A DNA stretch of 62,464 nt, counting the filler, from an uncultured Ignavibacteriales bacterium (GTDB lineage: Bacteria; Zixibacteria; MSB-5A5; GN15; JAAZOE01): NCBI GenBank assembly GCA_964611355.1. It is 10 parts of 10 records of this genome, joined end to end, with 100 filler letters (N's around TTAATTAATTAA, not from the genome) between each part and the next. Parts side by side here need not be neighbours in the genome. Positions count along the whole stretch, not along the records: positions 30,429 to 36,322 come from CAZSYD010000081.1; positions 36,423 to 42,315 come from CAZSYD010000082.1; 8 more parts are not named here. One strand, given 5' to 3'. Positions 30,578 through 40,874 of the stretch are shown here, piece after piece. The notes under the pieces were generated by a model. It made no database searches and was not told the origin of the DNA. It saw only the letters and a list, made by a program, of their open reading frames with translations. Numbering within the stretch: the first letter of the stretch is position 1; each line of letters opens with the position of its first letter. Position numbers and translations under genes: made by a program.

Positions 30578-32074
30578 ATGAAAACCGCTCTGATATTTTT
30601 AACCCTTCTATATCTCGTTGCCCCTTTAGAGGCAATTCCCCCGGAGTTGGGCGGCTTTATGGCGGGGCAGGATTCCGCCCTTTATATATACTGGTTTCAT
30701 CCGCAGCTTCATGCCTATGAACAGGGAATTGATTCAGACGAGCCGGAAGAGATGATTCATCCTGACGAAAAACCTGGTTATTATTGTATGGCGCAACGGG
30801 GCGTATTCCCGGCTTTTTCCTATATTGATAGTTTTTCGGTAAAAATATATCAGGGAGATGAGTTCCCGGCTCTTCCGGACGATAAGTTCAGTCCATTTGG
30901 CTATGCGGCATATTTCGAGGGAGATGATTCGCTTCCGGATCAACCGGCGATTATGCAGGGGAGAAACCGTTTATGCGGCGGTACGCCATGCGGGGATGAA
31001 TGGGTCTTCAATCCCATTGGATTGCCCAATCCGGCCGGGGAGAATATATGGTTTGGCTTTGAGTGGGATCATGAAACGCCCACGGCGCCTGAGATTATGG
31101 GTATGGGTCTCCCCGATCCCTATTCTTTTAACAAGCTTGGTATTAAATTGGGATCGGGCGAATCTTACCAGTGGCGGAATACAATGCAATACGCCCTGAT
31201 TTTCAGAAGCTACTTTTTGTCTCTGCTGGAAGCGTACACAAACGTTTCAGTGGGGTGGCGGCATGTGATCGAGTTGGAAACGCGACCCGATGGTTTCCAA
31301 ATGGAATGCTATCATGAATCACTGGAGGGGGGTTCGTCACAGTACATATGCGGGATTGATACGCTGATCTTTCAGGCGCCGGATGGTATGGTTGATTCGG
31401 CGGCAATTGTTGCATTATATGAAAATGTTCCCGACGATACGGCCATAACTTTGCAATTTGACGGCAGTCTTGTTATGCCAATTGTCGTGAAGCTTGATTA
31501 CCTTGAGCACGACAAGGTCTTGAATCAGTATGTATATGACCTGAAGATTACCAACCTTCATCGGGATTCGCTTGAGTTAATTTTGGGCTTTGATAGCAAT
31601 TGGGTGGAAGAAAACGACCGCCGCATAACATTGGCTGGAGAGTCGATGGAAAGCGTGCGATTGGCCGTGTACGACGGCACATCAGGCGAAAGAAGGATAC
31701 CATTAGTCATACGAGATAAATTGCATCCTTATTATCCTTATTTGGTCATGATCGAATATCCGCCTCAGGGGCCGACCGGTATTGATGACCGGTCGGAGGA
31801 AATGCCGTTGCCGTCGGATTACCTGATTGCCTATCCAAATCCTAAGACCGGTGAAGCGAATATCCATCTAAAAAGCGAGATTAAACCAGTCCTGATTAAG
31901 GTTTTCAATATTGTTGGTCAAAAGGTCTACGAGAGTTCTTCAGACTGCTCCGGCGAAATCATTTGGGACGGATGCGGTCTGTCGGGTGCAAGATTACCGG
32001 CCGGCATATACTTCGCCCGCATACAAGATATAAAAGGTACGGTATTGACTAAAAAATTAATCCTATTACCGTAA
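30578..32074 (+). CDS. Secreted protein with T9SS-type/FlgD-like C-terminal sorting domain
   Basis: Signal peptide; C-terminal YPNP...KVFNIVGQKV...WDG...GIYF...KKLILL. Confidence 0.8.
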   Translation: MKTALIFLTLLYLVAPLEAIPPELGGFMAGQDSALYIYWFHPQLHAYEQGIDSDEPEEMIHPDEKPGYYCMAQRGVFPAFSYIDSFSVKIYQGDEFPALPDDKFSPFGYAAYFEGDDSLPDQPAIMQGRNRLCGGTPCGDEWVFNPIGLPNPAGENIWFGFEWDHETPTAPEIMGMGLPDPYSFNKLGIKLGSGESYQWRNTMQYALIFRSYFLSLLEAYTNVSVGWRHVIELETRPDGFQMECYHESLEGGSSQYICGIDTLIFQAPDGMVDSAAIVALYENVPDDTAITLQFDGSLVMPIVVKLDYLEHDKVLNQYVYDLKITNLHRDSLELILGFDSNWVEENDRRITLAGESMESVRLAVYDGTSGERRIPLVIRDKLHPYYPYLVMIEYPPQGPTGIDDRSEEMPLPSDYLIAYPNPKTGEANIHLKSEIKPVLIKVFNIVGQKVYESSSDCSGEIIWDGCGLSGARLPAGIYFARIQDIKGTVLTKKLILLP

Positions 32075-32134
32075 TTATCATTCAATCGTATGAGATACAA
32101 TAACATGGACGGTTATTGACATTATATTTATTAC

Positions 32135-32163
32135 TTGACATAAATTGGTTCAGCGAGTATATT
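32135..32163 (+). promoter_or_regulatory. Sigma70-type promoter
   Basis: TTGACA-N17-TATATT upstream of the ORF at 32345. Confidence 0.6.
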
Positions 32164-32344
32164 TAGTAAGAATACAATATTCCAATCTTTTGCAAAAGCA
32201 GCGTGAAGGATATCCACACAAAAAATGGGTTCTTTTACGAAAGCTGATCTTATTTATGCGTAGGCCGATAGAAGAAAAAAATCAGTGTTACTGCATTAAT
32301 GTTTCAAAAAAACCCTGATTTGTTAATTGGGGTGGGAGGGAATC

Positions 32345-35300
32345 ATGCCCAAGAAAGTTTTTCTTGTTGTCTTGTCCTTTCTGTTGGTCCTGTCAATTGC
32401 GCTAATGGCCGGATTGCAGGAGGGAGAAAACATTCAAACATCCGGTAGCAAGGATTGGATGCCCGGTGACGGACACAAGATGCACGAACCGCAACTGCCC
32501 GATGAGGCCGGTTGGGATGTCAACGCCACCTATCCCATGATCCTGGCCGACGATTGGGGGTGTTCCGAAACCGGATGGGTCAAAGATATCCATTTCTGGG
32601 GCTCGTGGTTGCACGGATATGACGGAATTATTGACAGCTTCCACCTGAGTATCCATGCAGACGTTCCCGCTCAGGCAAGCCCTACCGGTTACAGTATGCC
32701 GGCCGATCCGCCGTTATGGGAATGGGACACGGATGCTTTCGATATTGTTGCGGTTGCCTCAGAATTGTGGGAAGGTTGGTACGATCCGGAGAGCGGCGAG
32801 ATTCTTCCCAACGATCACAACGTGTACTACCAGTACAACGTCCTGTTGCCCGAGGCGGAATGGTTTTTCCAGGAAGAGGGTACGATCTACTGGTTGAACA
32901 TTTCAGCCTATGTCAGTGATCCTGTGACGACGCAATGGGGCTGGAAATCGTCATTTATTCATTTCACGGATGATGCCGTTTGGTATGTTGACGGATCCGG
33001 TCTGGACTGGCAGGAGTTGTACGAACCTGCGCCGCCGCTTACGAATAATTTCGGCGCCGTCGTAGATGAAACCGGTGCGGTTATCGAAGGTTGGGGAGAT
33101 TATTCTTATGGTGACATGTGGTATTACTACGAGAATACCGACTGGTGGAATATCTGGTTCTACGATCACCCGTATGACCCGGATCGGTGGAAACAAATTC
33201 ATATTGAATTCGACGTCGCGCCATGGGTAGCCGGGCCTGCGTTTATCGTACTTGCGATTAACTGGTCGACTGATTTGTGGTCGCTGGAAGGTAATCCTCT
33301 TCCGGCATCTCGAGTCCCGCCGATTCCCCCGCTTACGGCGCAGGAAGAAGCCATGTATATCGGGCGACAAACGCTTTTTAGCACTGAAATTGCCGGTCCG
33401 GAGCATTACTTTTTTGACTTTGAAATACCTGATTACAATCCGGAGTGGGTTTCCATTGATATCATGGGCAACAATTACGTACTTGGGCCGGAGAATACGT
33501 TTATCGTACACAATTGCCTGCCCAAGACGGGTCAGGGCGAGCAGTCGCTTGATCTTGCCTTCGTAATTACCGGCGAGCCTGAAGGCCCAGCGGAAGCCTG
33601 CTGCTTCCAGGACGGCAGTTGCACCAATGAAGTTCCCGCAAATTGCATCTCTATGGGCGGTGTCCCGCAGGGTGCCGGAACAAGCTGCACCGCGGCGGAA
33701 GCGTGCTGCCTAGCGGATGGGTCATGCGTGATGGCTGACCCGATCTGTTGCGATGATCTGGGCGGTACTCCGCAAGGGGCCGGAATGGCGTGCACCGGGA
33801 CGCAAGCATGTTGCTTCGGCGACGGGTCATGTCAGGATCTTGATCCGCTCTGTTGTGATGATATGGGCGGAACTCCCTCGCCGACCGGAGCTCAGGCCTG
33901 TCTGGGTGACAATAATGGTAACAACATAGATGATGCCTGCGAAGAAAACCCCTACGAGCTCAAGTGGGAGCAGCCTCCCGATTTGAATCCTACGGGTATG
34001 GATGTTAGTGATTTCTGGCACCCTCAATATGGACCTTATCTCCTGGCCGACGATTTCCTGTGTACGACCACAGGCCCTATACGTGAGATCCATATCTGGG
34101 GTTCCTGGTGGCAGGATGTGTTGCCCAATGGTGACCCCAACAATGTATGGTTCATCCTGAGTATCCACGAAGATATTCCGGCCAGTGAAAATCCATACGG
34201 GGAGTACAGCATGCCGGGAGAACTGCTCTGTTTGGATACCCTGCCTTTCACGGTCACGCTTTATGCCGAAGACCTTTATGAGGGCTGGTTTGAACCTCCC
34301 GACAATTGGGATGAATACGGGGACAGCAAGTGCTGGGAGTATATATTTACTTTCGATGAACCAGAATGCATCCAGGAGGGTACACCGGGTAACCCTGTCA
34401 TCTACTGGCTTGATCTCCAGGCCTACTCTATGGATGAAACAGCCTACTTCGGCTGGAAGACTTCAGCTATTCACTGGAATGACGACGCCGCCTGGATAAT
34501 AGGCGTAGAGCCGCTCCCCGTTGACCCGCTTCCTCAGTGGTTTGAGTTGCGGTACATGATGGGCCATCCATATGCAGGGCAGTCGGTTGACCTGGCTTTC
34601 CAGATCTGGGGAGAAGAGGGGCAGGAGGCTGAGGCCTGCTGCTTCCAGGACGGTAGTTGTTCTAACGAAATTCCGGCTAACTGTGTAACGATGGGCGGTA
34701 CACCTCAGGGTGCCGGAACGGCATGCACCGCGGCGGAAGCGTGCTGCCTAGCGGATGGGTCATGCGTGATGGCTGACCCGATCTGTTGCGATGATCTGGG
34801 CGGTACTCCGCAAGGGGCCGGAATGGCGTGCACCGGGACGCAAGCATGTTGCTTCGGCGGCGGTTCATGTCAGGATCTTGATCCGCTCTGTTGTGATGAT
34901 ATGGGTGGAACCGTCTCGCCAATCGGAGCATCTGCCTGCCTGGGTGACAATAACGGCGACGGTACCGACGACGCCTGCCAGGTTCTCGGCGCCTGCTGTC
35001 TGGCGGATGGCTCCTGTCAATTGAACGAACAGGTTGACTGCGAAGCGATCACGGGCGCCGAATATAAAGGCGACGGGACTATCTGCCTCGGCGACCAAAA
35101 CAGCAACGGCGTCGATGATGCCTGCGAAAAGGGTTGGCAGCCGGGCGATCCGCATAAGATGCACGAGCCGCAGTTGCCCGATGAAGCCGGCTGGGATGTC
35201 AATGCCACGTTCCCCATGGTCCTGGCCGATGACTGGATGTGCTCGGAAAGCGGACCGGTTCAGGATATCCATTTCTGGGGTTCCTGGAAAAACGGCGTCG

Positions 35301-36322
35301 AAGCCAACATTTTGCACTTCATCCTGAGCATCCATGCCGACATTCCAGCCAGTCAGAGCCCTACCGGTTACAGCATGCCGGCCGATCCGCCGCTATGGCA
35401 ATACGATGCGGCCGATTACCTTGCTGTTCCGATTGAGCCGGAACTGTGGGAAGGCTGGTATGATCTGGCGAGCAGCGAGATTATTCCATACGACCATAAT
35501 GCATACTACCAGTACAATGTCTATCTCCCCGAACCTGCATGGTTTGAACAAGAAGAAGGTACGATCTACTGGCTGAATATCAGCGCTCTTGTTGATGATG
35601 TTGCGGCCAAATGGGGCTGGAAGTCGTCGTGGTATCATTGGAATGATGATGCCGTTTGGTCTCAAGGACCGGACTGGTATGAACTGTACGAACCGGCCGT
35701 AGCCCTTAGAAACGATTTCTTTATATTCGTTGACCATACCGGTAACTTCGTGGACGGCAGCGGTACGTATGCTTATGGCAACGGATGGTACTTCTACGAA
35801 AATACCGAATGGTGGAACATCTGGTTCTATGACCATCCCTTCGATCCCGCTCGATGGAAGAATGTATATATCGAGTTTGACCTGCACGAGTTTGAGCCGG
35901 GGCCGATACTTATTGAGTTTGCCTTGAACTGGTCAACCGATCTGTGGTCGCTGGAAGGCAACCCGCTTCCCAATCCGCGAGTTCCGCCGATTCCGCCGTT
36001 AACGCCGGAAGAAGAAGGCGACTATATCGGGCGTCACACGTTCCTCTTCGGTCAAGATGTCCCGCCGGGTCATTACGAGTTCGCGTTCGAGTTTCCTGAT
36101 TATAATCCGGAATGGGTTTCAATCGATGTCAGGGGTACTAATTTTGCCATCCCCGGCGGATTTATCATGCACGAATGCGTTGGTGATCCGCAGTCGCTTG
36201 ATCTTTCGTTCGTGATAACGGGAGCATCCCCTTGCGATTGCAGGGTTGGCGATGCCAACGCTGACCTTTCAATCAACCTTGGCGACGCGGTTTATATCAA
36301 CAACATTGTGTTCCATAGCGGT
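32345..36322 (+). CDS. Large acidic secreted repeat protein with Cys-rich repeats and a dockerin-like domain (3' truncated)
   Basis: Signal peptide; three LADD(W/F).C...IH(F/I)WGSW domains; ACC..DGSC repeats; GDANADLSINLGDAVYI dockerin start. Confidence 0.8.
33686..34905 (+). repeat. Intragenic direct repeat of 182 bp (33686-33867 and 34724-34905)
   Basis: Manual alignment shows 2 mismatches; offset 1038 nt, in frame. Confidence 0.85.
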
Positions 36323-36422
36323 NNNNNNNNNNNNNNNNNNNNNNNNNNNNNNNNNNNNNNNNNNNNTTAATTAATTAANNNNNNNNNNNNNNNNNNNNNN
36401 NNNNNNNNNNNNNNNNNNNNNN
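36323..36422. other. Artificial contig spacer
   Basis: N-TTAATTAATTAA-N, 100 nt. Confidence 0.97.
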
Positions 36423-36800
36423 CTTTCCGGAAGCCCATTGGCAAAACTATTATTCTTTACCCAAGCTTTTCGTATTTCCAGCAAACGTGGTTCGCTTTCA
36501 AACATCCTCATATAAAAGTTATAATCTTCTTCCGAAATATCATTAAAGCGGCTCAAAAGTTCTTCGCGACCGCATAAGACAGCTTTCAATTTTTCGCATG
36601 GAAATTCATCGCAATAAGCGCAGTTTTCGATACTCTTATCTATTACACAAGGCCTGACCCGGCAATTAATATCGGCCAGTTTTCCGTCGTTCAGGCAACC
36701 GTCGCACCGGACGTTCTCGGCGGTATAGCGTTGAAGGCGAAAATATTTTCTCCACCCGTCCACCGGTTTTTGCCTGACGGCATATTCGTAAATCCCGCAC
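36423..36800 (-). pseudogene. DUF3795-like Cys-rich protein lacking its N-terminus (also open at the contig end)
   Basis: CDGC...C.VRPCV..K..ENCAYCDEFPCEKL present; N-terminal CGxxCxxC and a free start codon are missing. Confidence 0.55.
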
Positions 36801-37370
36801 TTAAAACCAATCCAACCTGGCAAGCTCCGGTATTTCGTCGGCCAAATCTTCGTGCAAATCTTCCAGGTCTTCGGCCATATCTTCAATCTTTTCCGCCTTG
36901 ATTTCCAGAACCTTCGCTTTGGCCTCCAGTTTGTCGGCTTCGGCTTCTATTTCCCGTTCGAGATCATCGCTGTCGTAGTCGGAGCGCAGCAGTTTGAAAA
37001 CGCAGGCGATTGCTTTGAGTCCCAGCTTAGCGCCTTTTACACCGATTTTGGCGCCTTCGAGGCCGATTTTCTTGCTGCAATCGGTAATTTCCAATACCAG
37101 TTTGTGATATTCAGCCAGCAGTTCTTTTTGCTCTTCAGTTGTCTTGATATGCCGCCCGTTGATGTAAAGTTCATAGTCCCCGGTAATTTCAACCTCGTTA
37201 CCATCATGGTCATGGCTAATCAGGAGAACCGAACCGTCGTCAATATCGATGCTTACGTTATCCATGACACAACTATTGTGGAAAATAGAATGCTTTTCCC
37301 AGGCATTAACGGTACCGGCAAAAAAGAGTAATAATAGAACCGCCAACAGAAAAGTATATGAGCGCTTCAT
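36801..37370 (-). CDS. YggN/DUF2884-like exported protein
   Basis: Signal peptide; EIT.DYELYING....T.EQ..LL..Y, C-terminal coiled coil ending IPEL; GGAGG RBS. Confidence 0.7.
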   Translation of the reverse strand: MKRSYTFLLAVLLLLFFAGTVNAWEKHSIFHNSCVMDNVSIDIDDGSVLLISHDHDGNEVEITGDYELYINGRHIKTTEEQKELLAEYHKLVLEITDCSKKIGLEGAKIGVKGAKLGLKAIACVFKLLRSDYDSDDLEREIEAEADKLEAKAKVLEIKAEKIEDMAEDLEDLHEDLADEIPELARLDWF

Positions 37371-37405
37371 TTTGAAACCTCCGGGATTTTACAGTTTCTA
37401 TTAGT

Positions 37406-37433
37406 TTGACGGAAAAAGCCTGCCCGAGGTTGC
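37406..37433 (-). promoter_or_regulatory. Putative ECF sigma-factor promoter
   Basis: GCAACC-N16-CGTCAA on the minus strand, upstream of the YggN-like gene. Confidence 0.5.
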
Positions 37434-37629
37434 AGAATATCTTATCATTCGGGGAACCGCCTGAAGTTTGCAATAATAGGAAAAGACAATTATCGCTTGT
37501 CATATGGCAAGGTACCTTTTAACTTCCCATATAGATTTCAAGGGTTTCCTCAAGATGTATTAGTTATATTTCGTACAGGCAGCATAAAACCTATGGCGGA
37601 TTGTAAGCCCACGATTAAGGATTGTTCTT

Positions 37630-38565
37630 ATGCCAAATCAATTATTGAGCGGCGTCCGGGCAAGGAGCTTTATTATACTTATCCTTTGCCTTACTATCCT
37701 GTCGTCGTGCGGCGGAAATGAAAAACGGGAGACGACATTGTCTATGAGCGAAATCGTCCCGCAGGAGATAGCCGGCTGGAAACAGGAAGGCGCACCGGAA
37801 AGGTATGATCGAGAGACTATTTTCGATTATATCGACGGGGCCGGTGAAGTTTATCTGTCATACGGTTTCCGCGAAGTTACGGTTTTTCGATATTCCAAAC
37901 CGGACGCCCCCGGTATCGTCGTGGAAATATTTGACATGGGCGTTCCCGAAGACGCTTACGGCGTTTTCAGCCATGCCCGCGAAAGCGAAGAGACCGGAAT
38001 CGGGCAGGGGTATGAATACCGCGGAAGCCTGCTCTGCTTCTGGAAAGGCAAATATTATGTATGTGTCCTGGCCGAGAAAGGCACTCCGGAGACCAAAGAA
38101 GCGGTTTTTGCCCTGTCCGGACAGATCGCGGGCAAACTACATTCAACCGGCAGCAAGCCTGATCTTCTGAAATACCTGCCGCAGGAAAATCTTATCACCC
38201 ACAGCGTCCGGTTTTTCCATACCCATCCGTTGTTGAATTATCATTATTTTTTGTCAGAGGAAAACATCTTGAATCTCAATCAGGATACAAAGGCGGCGTT
38301 GGCTGTCTATGAACCGGATACGACTTTTCTGCTGTGCATTCAATACTCAACCGTGGATATGGCCCTTGAAGCATATAAAAATCTTATCAGGAATTATATT
38401 CCGGAAGCAAAAGGAGTCGGCACAGCTCAAATCGAAAATGGAAAATGGGTTGCGGCTATACACGAGGGGAAATACGTGGTAATTTCGCTCGATGCGGCTT
38501 CTCGGGATAATGCGAAGAAATTAATCGACGCGTGTGCAAAAAATATAACAGGGACGATTCCGTAA
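37630..38565 (+). CDS. DUF6599-like lipoprotein
   Basis: Lipobox LSSC; FDYIDGAGEVY..YGF, EIFDMG...AYGVFS and FWKGKYYV motifs. Confidence 0.7.
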   Translation: MPNQLLSGVRARSFIILILCLTILSSCGGNEKRETTLSMSEIVPQEIAGWKQEGAPERYDRETIFDYIDGAGEVYLSYGFREVTVFRYSKPDAPGIVVEIFDMGVPEDAYGVFSHARESEETGIGQGYEYRGSLLCFWKGKYYVCVLAEKGTPETKEAVFALSGQIAGKLHSTGSKPDLLKYLPQENLITHSVRFFHTHPLLNYHYFLSEENILNLNQDTKAALAVYEPDTTFLLCIQYSTVDMALEAYKNLIRNYIPEAKGVGTAQIENGKWVAAIHEGKYVVISLDAASRDNAKKLIDACAKNITGTIP

Positions 38566-38579
38566 AAGGAGAAATGCCG

Positions 38580-39476
38580 ATGGATAATAAATCAAAACTG
38601 ACTCGTCGTGATTTTATCAGGCGTGCAGGATGCGCCGCCATCGGCGGAACCATCAGCCTGCCGGCACTGGCCGAGGAAATGGTCGAGCCCACCGCCAAAT
38701 CCAGAGTCGTCCTCGTGCGCGATAAAAACGCCATCGACGGCAAAGTGAAAATTAACGGTGAGGTGATTCAACAAATGCTGGACCGGGCAATGACGGCGCT
38801 TTTTGATAATAAAAACCCGGTAGCTTGCTGGAAGAAGATTATCAAACCGGATGACATCGTCGGAATAAAAAGCAACGCCTGGCATTATCTGCCGACCACG
38901 ACCGAAGTTGAGCAGGCAATCAAGCGGCGCGTCATGGACGCCGGGGTGGCTGAGGAAAATATCGGCATTGACGACCGCGGCGTGCTGCGTGACCCGATAT
39001 TCAAAAAAGCGACCGCGCTGATCAATGCCCGCCCGATGCGCACTCACGCCTGGTCGGGCGTCGGCAGTTTGATTAAAAACTACATTATGTTTTCGCCCAA
39101 CCCGGCCAAATATCACGATAACTCCTGCGCCGGCCTGGGAGCTTTGTGGGATTTGCCGATTGTCAAAGGCAAAACCAGGTTGAATATACTGGTTCTTCTG
39201 ACACCTTTGTTTTACGGCATCGGGCCGCATCATTTCGACAGGACTTATACGTGGCCTTACAAGGGCATTCTGGTCGGCACCGACCCTGTGGCTGTTGATA
39301 CGGTCGGATTACATCTATTTCAGGCCAAGAGGAAAGCTTATTTTGGCGAGGATAAACCGATCAAACCGACGGCGCATCATATCGCCCTGGCCGACAAAAA
39401 ATACAATCTCGGTACCAGCGATTTGAGTAAAATCGAACTTATCAAAATCGGCTGGCGAGAAGGGGTTTTGATATAA
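38580..39476 (+). CDS. Tat-exported DUF362 domain protein
   Basis: TRRDFI twin-arginine signal; DIVGIKSN, KNY and DPVAVD motifs. Confidence 0.75.
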   Translation: MDNKSKLTRRDFIRRAGCAAIGGTISLPALAEEMVEPTAKSRVVLVRDKNAIDGKVKINGEVIQQMLDRAMTALFDNKNPVACWKKIIKPDDIVGIKSNAWHYLPTTTEVEQAIKRRVMDAGVAEENIGIDDRGVLRDPIFKKATALINARPMRTHAWSGVGSLIKNYIMFSPNPAKYHDNSCAGLGALWDLPIVKGKTRLNILVLLTPLFYGIGPHHFDRTYTWPYKGILVGTDPVAVDTVGLHLFQAKRKAYFGEDKPIKPTAHHIALADKKYNLGTSDLSKIELIKIGWREGVLI

Positions 39477-39684
39477 AGCCGCTCCATGTTTTCGTAAGGG
39501 TGCCTCAAGAAGCGCCCTTGTGTAAACTTTGAGACTATTGCATAAATAGTTCCACGGGATCTTGCGCCGAAAGTGTGCATGCCTGAAGTTATGAATGGTG
39601 ACCCGACGGTTAATATCGACGCAGAGTCACAATCCGGCCGGTCAACAGCCGGGGCTTTTTATTGTCGGGCGTGCGCCCGGTTCC

Positions 39685-40626
39685 CTAATTCCCTTCGTCG
39701 AGTATTTTCCAAATTGCTTCAATCGTAGCGGGAGTCAATTCAACATCCGAAGCGGACACGTTGGACTCGATATGTTCGGGCCGGGTTGCGCCGGTAATAA
39801 CCGAGGATACTTCCGGTCGCCGAAGCGCCCAGGCCAGGGCCAGCCGGCTCATGGAAAGGCCAAGTTCACCGGCCAGATTGGTCAGGCGTCTTACCTTTTG
39901 TAGATTGTCCTCGGTTAAATCACCTTTTACCCATTCACTGGCAGCGCCGCGGCTTCCTTCGGGGATGCCGTCATTGTACTTGCCGGTCAGAATCCCCTGC
40001 GCCAGGGGCGACCAGACGACCAGCCCCATGCCCAGCCGGTTGCAGGTTGGCATGACGCTTTCCTCAATATGGCAATCAAGCATATTGTAGCGGGGCTGTT
40101 CCACCTGCGGCCGATAGCAAAGATACTTTTCCGCCATCGTGGCGGCCGATTCAATCTGATTGGCTTCCCAGGCCGAAGTACCCCAGTACAAAACTCTCCC
40201 CTGCCGGATGAGGTCATCCATCGCCCGCACCACTTCTTCGACATCCGTATCAGGGTCAAAACGGTGGCAGAAATATATATCCAGATAATCTGTCTCAAGG
40301 CGCGCCAGCGTTCTATCGATCGACTCGAATATATGCTTTCGGGACAGGCCCCGGTCATTGACGTTGTCGCTCATCTTCACGAACAACTTTGACGAGATCA
40401 CCAAATCCGACCGCCGATAATTTTTGAGCGTTTTCCCACAGGCCTTTTCGGCTTCGCCGTGAGCGTAAATATCGGCAAGGTCGATGAAATTGACGCCGTG
40501 GTCGATAGCGACAGCCAGTATCCGGTCGGTCGTTTTTTGATCGACGGTTCCGCCGAAGGTCAGCCATCCGCCGATTGATATCTCCGAAACCTTCAAACCG
40601 CCTTTTCCCAATCGCCGGTATTTCAT
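39685..40626 (-). CDS. Aldo/keto reductase (Kv-beta / AKR6-like)
   Basis: MKYRRLGK.GLKVSEIS.G.W, D.AD.Y, GLSRKHI.ES and WSPLAQGILTGKY motifs. Confidence 0.92.
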   Translation of the reverse strand: MKYRRLGKGGLKVSEISIGGWLTFGGTVDQKTTDRILAVAIDHGVNFIDLADIYAHGEAEKACGKTLKNYRRSDLVISSKLFVKMSDNVNDRGLSRKHIFESIDRTLARLETDYLDIYFCHRFDPDTDVEEVVRAMDDLIRQGRVLYWGTSAWEANQIESAATMAEKYLCYRPQVEQPRYNMLDCHIEESVMPTCNRLGMGLVVWSPLAQGILTGKYNDGIPEGSRGAASEWVKGDLTEDNLQKVRRLTNLAGELGLSMSRLALAWALRRPEVSSVITGATRPEHIESNVSASDVELTPATIEAIWKILDEGN

Positions 40627-40874
40627 CGTATTCTCCTCGCGTAAAGACGTAACATACCACAAATTTGCACCATCATATACTCAAAATCAAGGCTGAACGT
40701 CAAGCGTGTCAAGGCAAAATAGAAATGTCCTATTCTTAGCAAAACGGATATGTCCTATTTTGTTAATTGAGTATAAATCTTCCTTCTTGCAATAGATTCG
40801 GTATTTCCGGCATGTACCGAGTATAGAAGGCAAAAATTACTTCGATACGGCCGGTTATTGTGTATTTTGGTGAC

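Noticed and set aside
32221..32240. AAATGGGTTC as a fifth copy of the repeat
   Set aside because: Match is too short and lacks the GTCAT part.
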